DNA from: Takakia lepidozioides
Taxonomy: Eukaryota > Plantae > Bryophyta
Assembly: GCA_030704615.1 (NCBI GenBank)
Contig: CM060734.1
Coordinates: 8,122,001 to 8,186,000 of the forward strand
DNA length: 64,000 nt
Direction: 5' to 3'
Part shown: piece after piece, positions 63,041 to 64,000 of the stretch
Layout of the letters: every line of letters begins with the position of its first letter
How positions within the stretch are numbered: the stretch's first letter is position 1
Notes under the pieces: generated by a model
What the model was told of the DNA's origin: nothing
What the model saw: the letters and a program-made list of their open reading frames with translations, nothing else
Database searches by the model: none
Program-made: the position numbers and the translations under genes

Positions 63041-63294
63041 ATTTTTTTTTTTTTTTTTTCTTGCACCCTCTCTGGTGGGGCGGAGCTGAGAGCAGCAACA
63101 CTTACTGCTCTCAGCCCCCCACATGCTTTGTTTTTTTTTTGGATCTAGAATGTAGAGATTGTTTCCTGGTGAGGCCAACTTTTGGGTTTGCATGACAGGT
63201 GCCAGGCTTATAGGGAAAGAGAAGAAGTCCCCTGCCCCAAAGAAAGGGGCGGAGAACCCGTTTGCTCTGCCGGCACGTGTGACACGGGCTGGCG

Positions 63295-64000
63295 TGTCAC
63301 GGTTAACCAGTCCCGTCGACAGCCGCAGCCAGAGGGCTCCTCTGCCCCCTGAGGCCCCCCCCCCCCCCTCTTGTCCCCGTCTTGGATTCGTCAGGGGCCG
63401 GCTCAACCACCTCTGCTATTCGGGAGGTTGTTGCTGGGCCGGATGCTCAGTTGAGCACACCCCCGGCCACCAAGACGGGTGAGATGTACCTTGACAAGCG
63501 CATCACCCGTTCGGGGGCCCGGTTTGGGCAACTTTTGGATGTCACCCCTATACAGACCCCTTCCTCCACAGCGAAGGCCGCACTTGCCAAGGCCCAAGGT
63601 CAGGTTGAAGGGCCTCGGGAACTGGCGGTTCCTAGCCCAATGTTGATCATGAGGGAGGAGTTGACGAGGAGGGCCAATGAGGAGGCCGAGATAGCGAAGC
63701 ACCTCGAATTAGTCAAGCTAGGTGAGGGCTTCTACCCTGCTACGCATTGGAGGGGGGGGGGGGAGCTACGGGCCAGTTTGGAGCGGCCTAGCCGATCAAC
63801 GATGCCGCCCCCTCAGCCTGAGCGGTTAGCAAAGAAGGGCCTGGACTACGGGGCGGCGCCGCCGGCTATGGTCAACATCTGGAACCTATTTCTAGCGGCG
63901 CTCCGGGAGGGGATAGCGCGGGGACTCCTGCCACATCGGGTGACACCGGGCCCGAGTTGGCCAAGCTTGCAAAGGTACAACCGTCGCACCTTGCCCATTC
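63295..64000. mobile_element. Possible LTR start or GC-rich retroelement sequence running off the window
   Basis: Abrupt GC-rich non-coding sequence beginning TGTCACGG; no diagnostic domain is visible. Confidence 0.25.

Overview
Eukaryotic nuclear DNA from a land plant, most likely a seed-free lineage (bryophyte, lycophyte or fern). This is an inference from PLS-class PPR remnants, TTTAGGG repeats and the retroelement types. A compact island of three intact endomembrane genes lies at ~23.8-36.8 kb: a 6-exon LAG1/LOH ceramide synthase (+), an intronless membrane-anchored MYB/SANT gene (-), and a 13-exon TM9SF/TMN1 gene (+) with an 18-nt microexon. On both sides are heavily nested, rearranged transposon remnants: several Ty3/Gypsy elements, an L1 3' end, CACTA ends, a MULE transposase, a hAT MITE and a hAT fragment. 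The most notable object is a degenerate non-LTR retrotransposon in two same-strand pieces (~0.3-3.8 kb and 15.7-16.8 kb). It carries an APE endonuclease, RNase H, a Zn finger and a restriction-like endonuclease (Dualen/RandI-type architecture), plus a 2A/StopGo-like peptide (LILMRCGDIHPNPGP) in frame upstream of the APE. Also notable are three apparent local inversions, one with a head-to-head (TTTAGGG)n/(CCCTAAA)n palindrome at its breakpoint. All calls come from reading the sequence; no searches were run.
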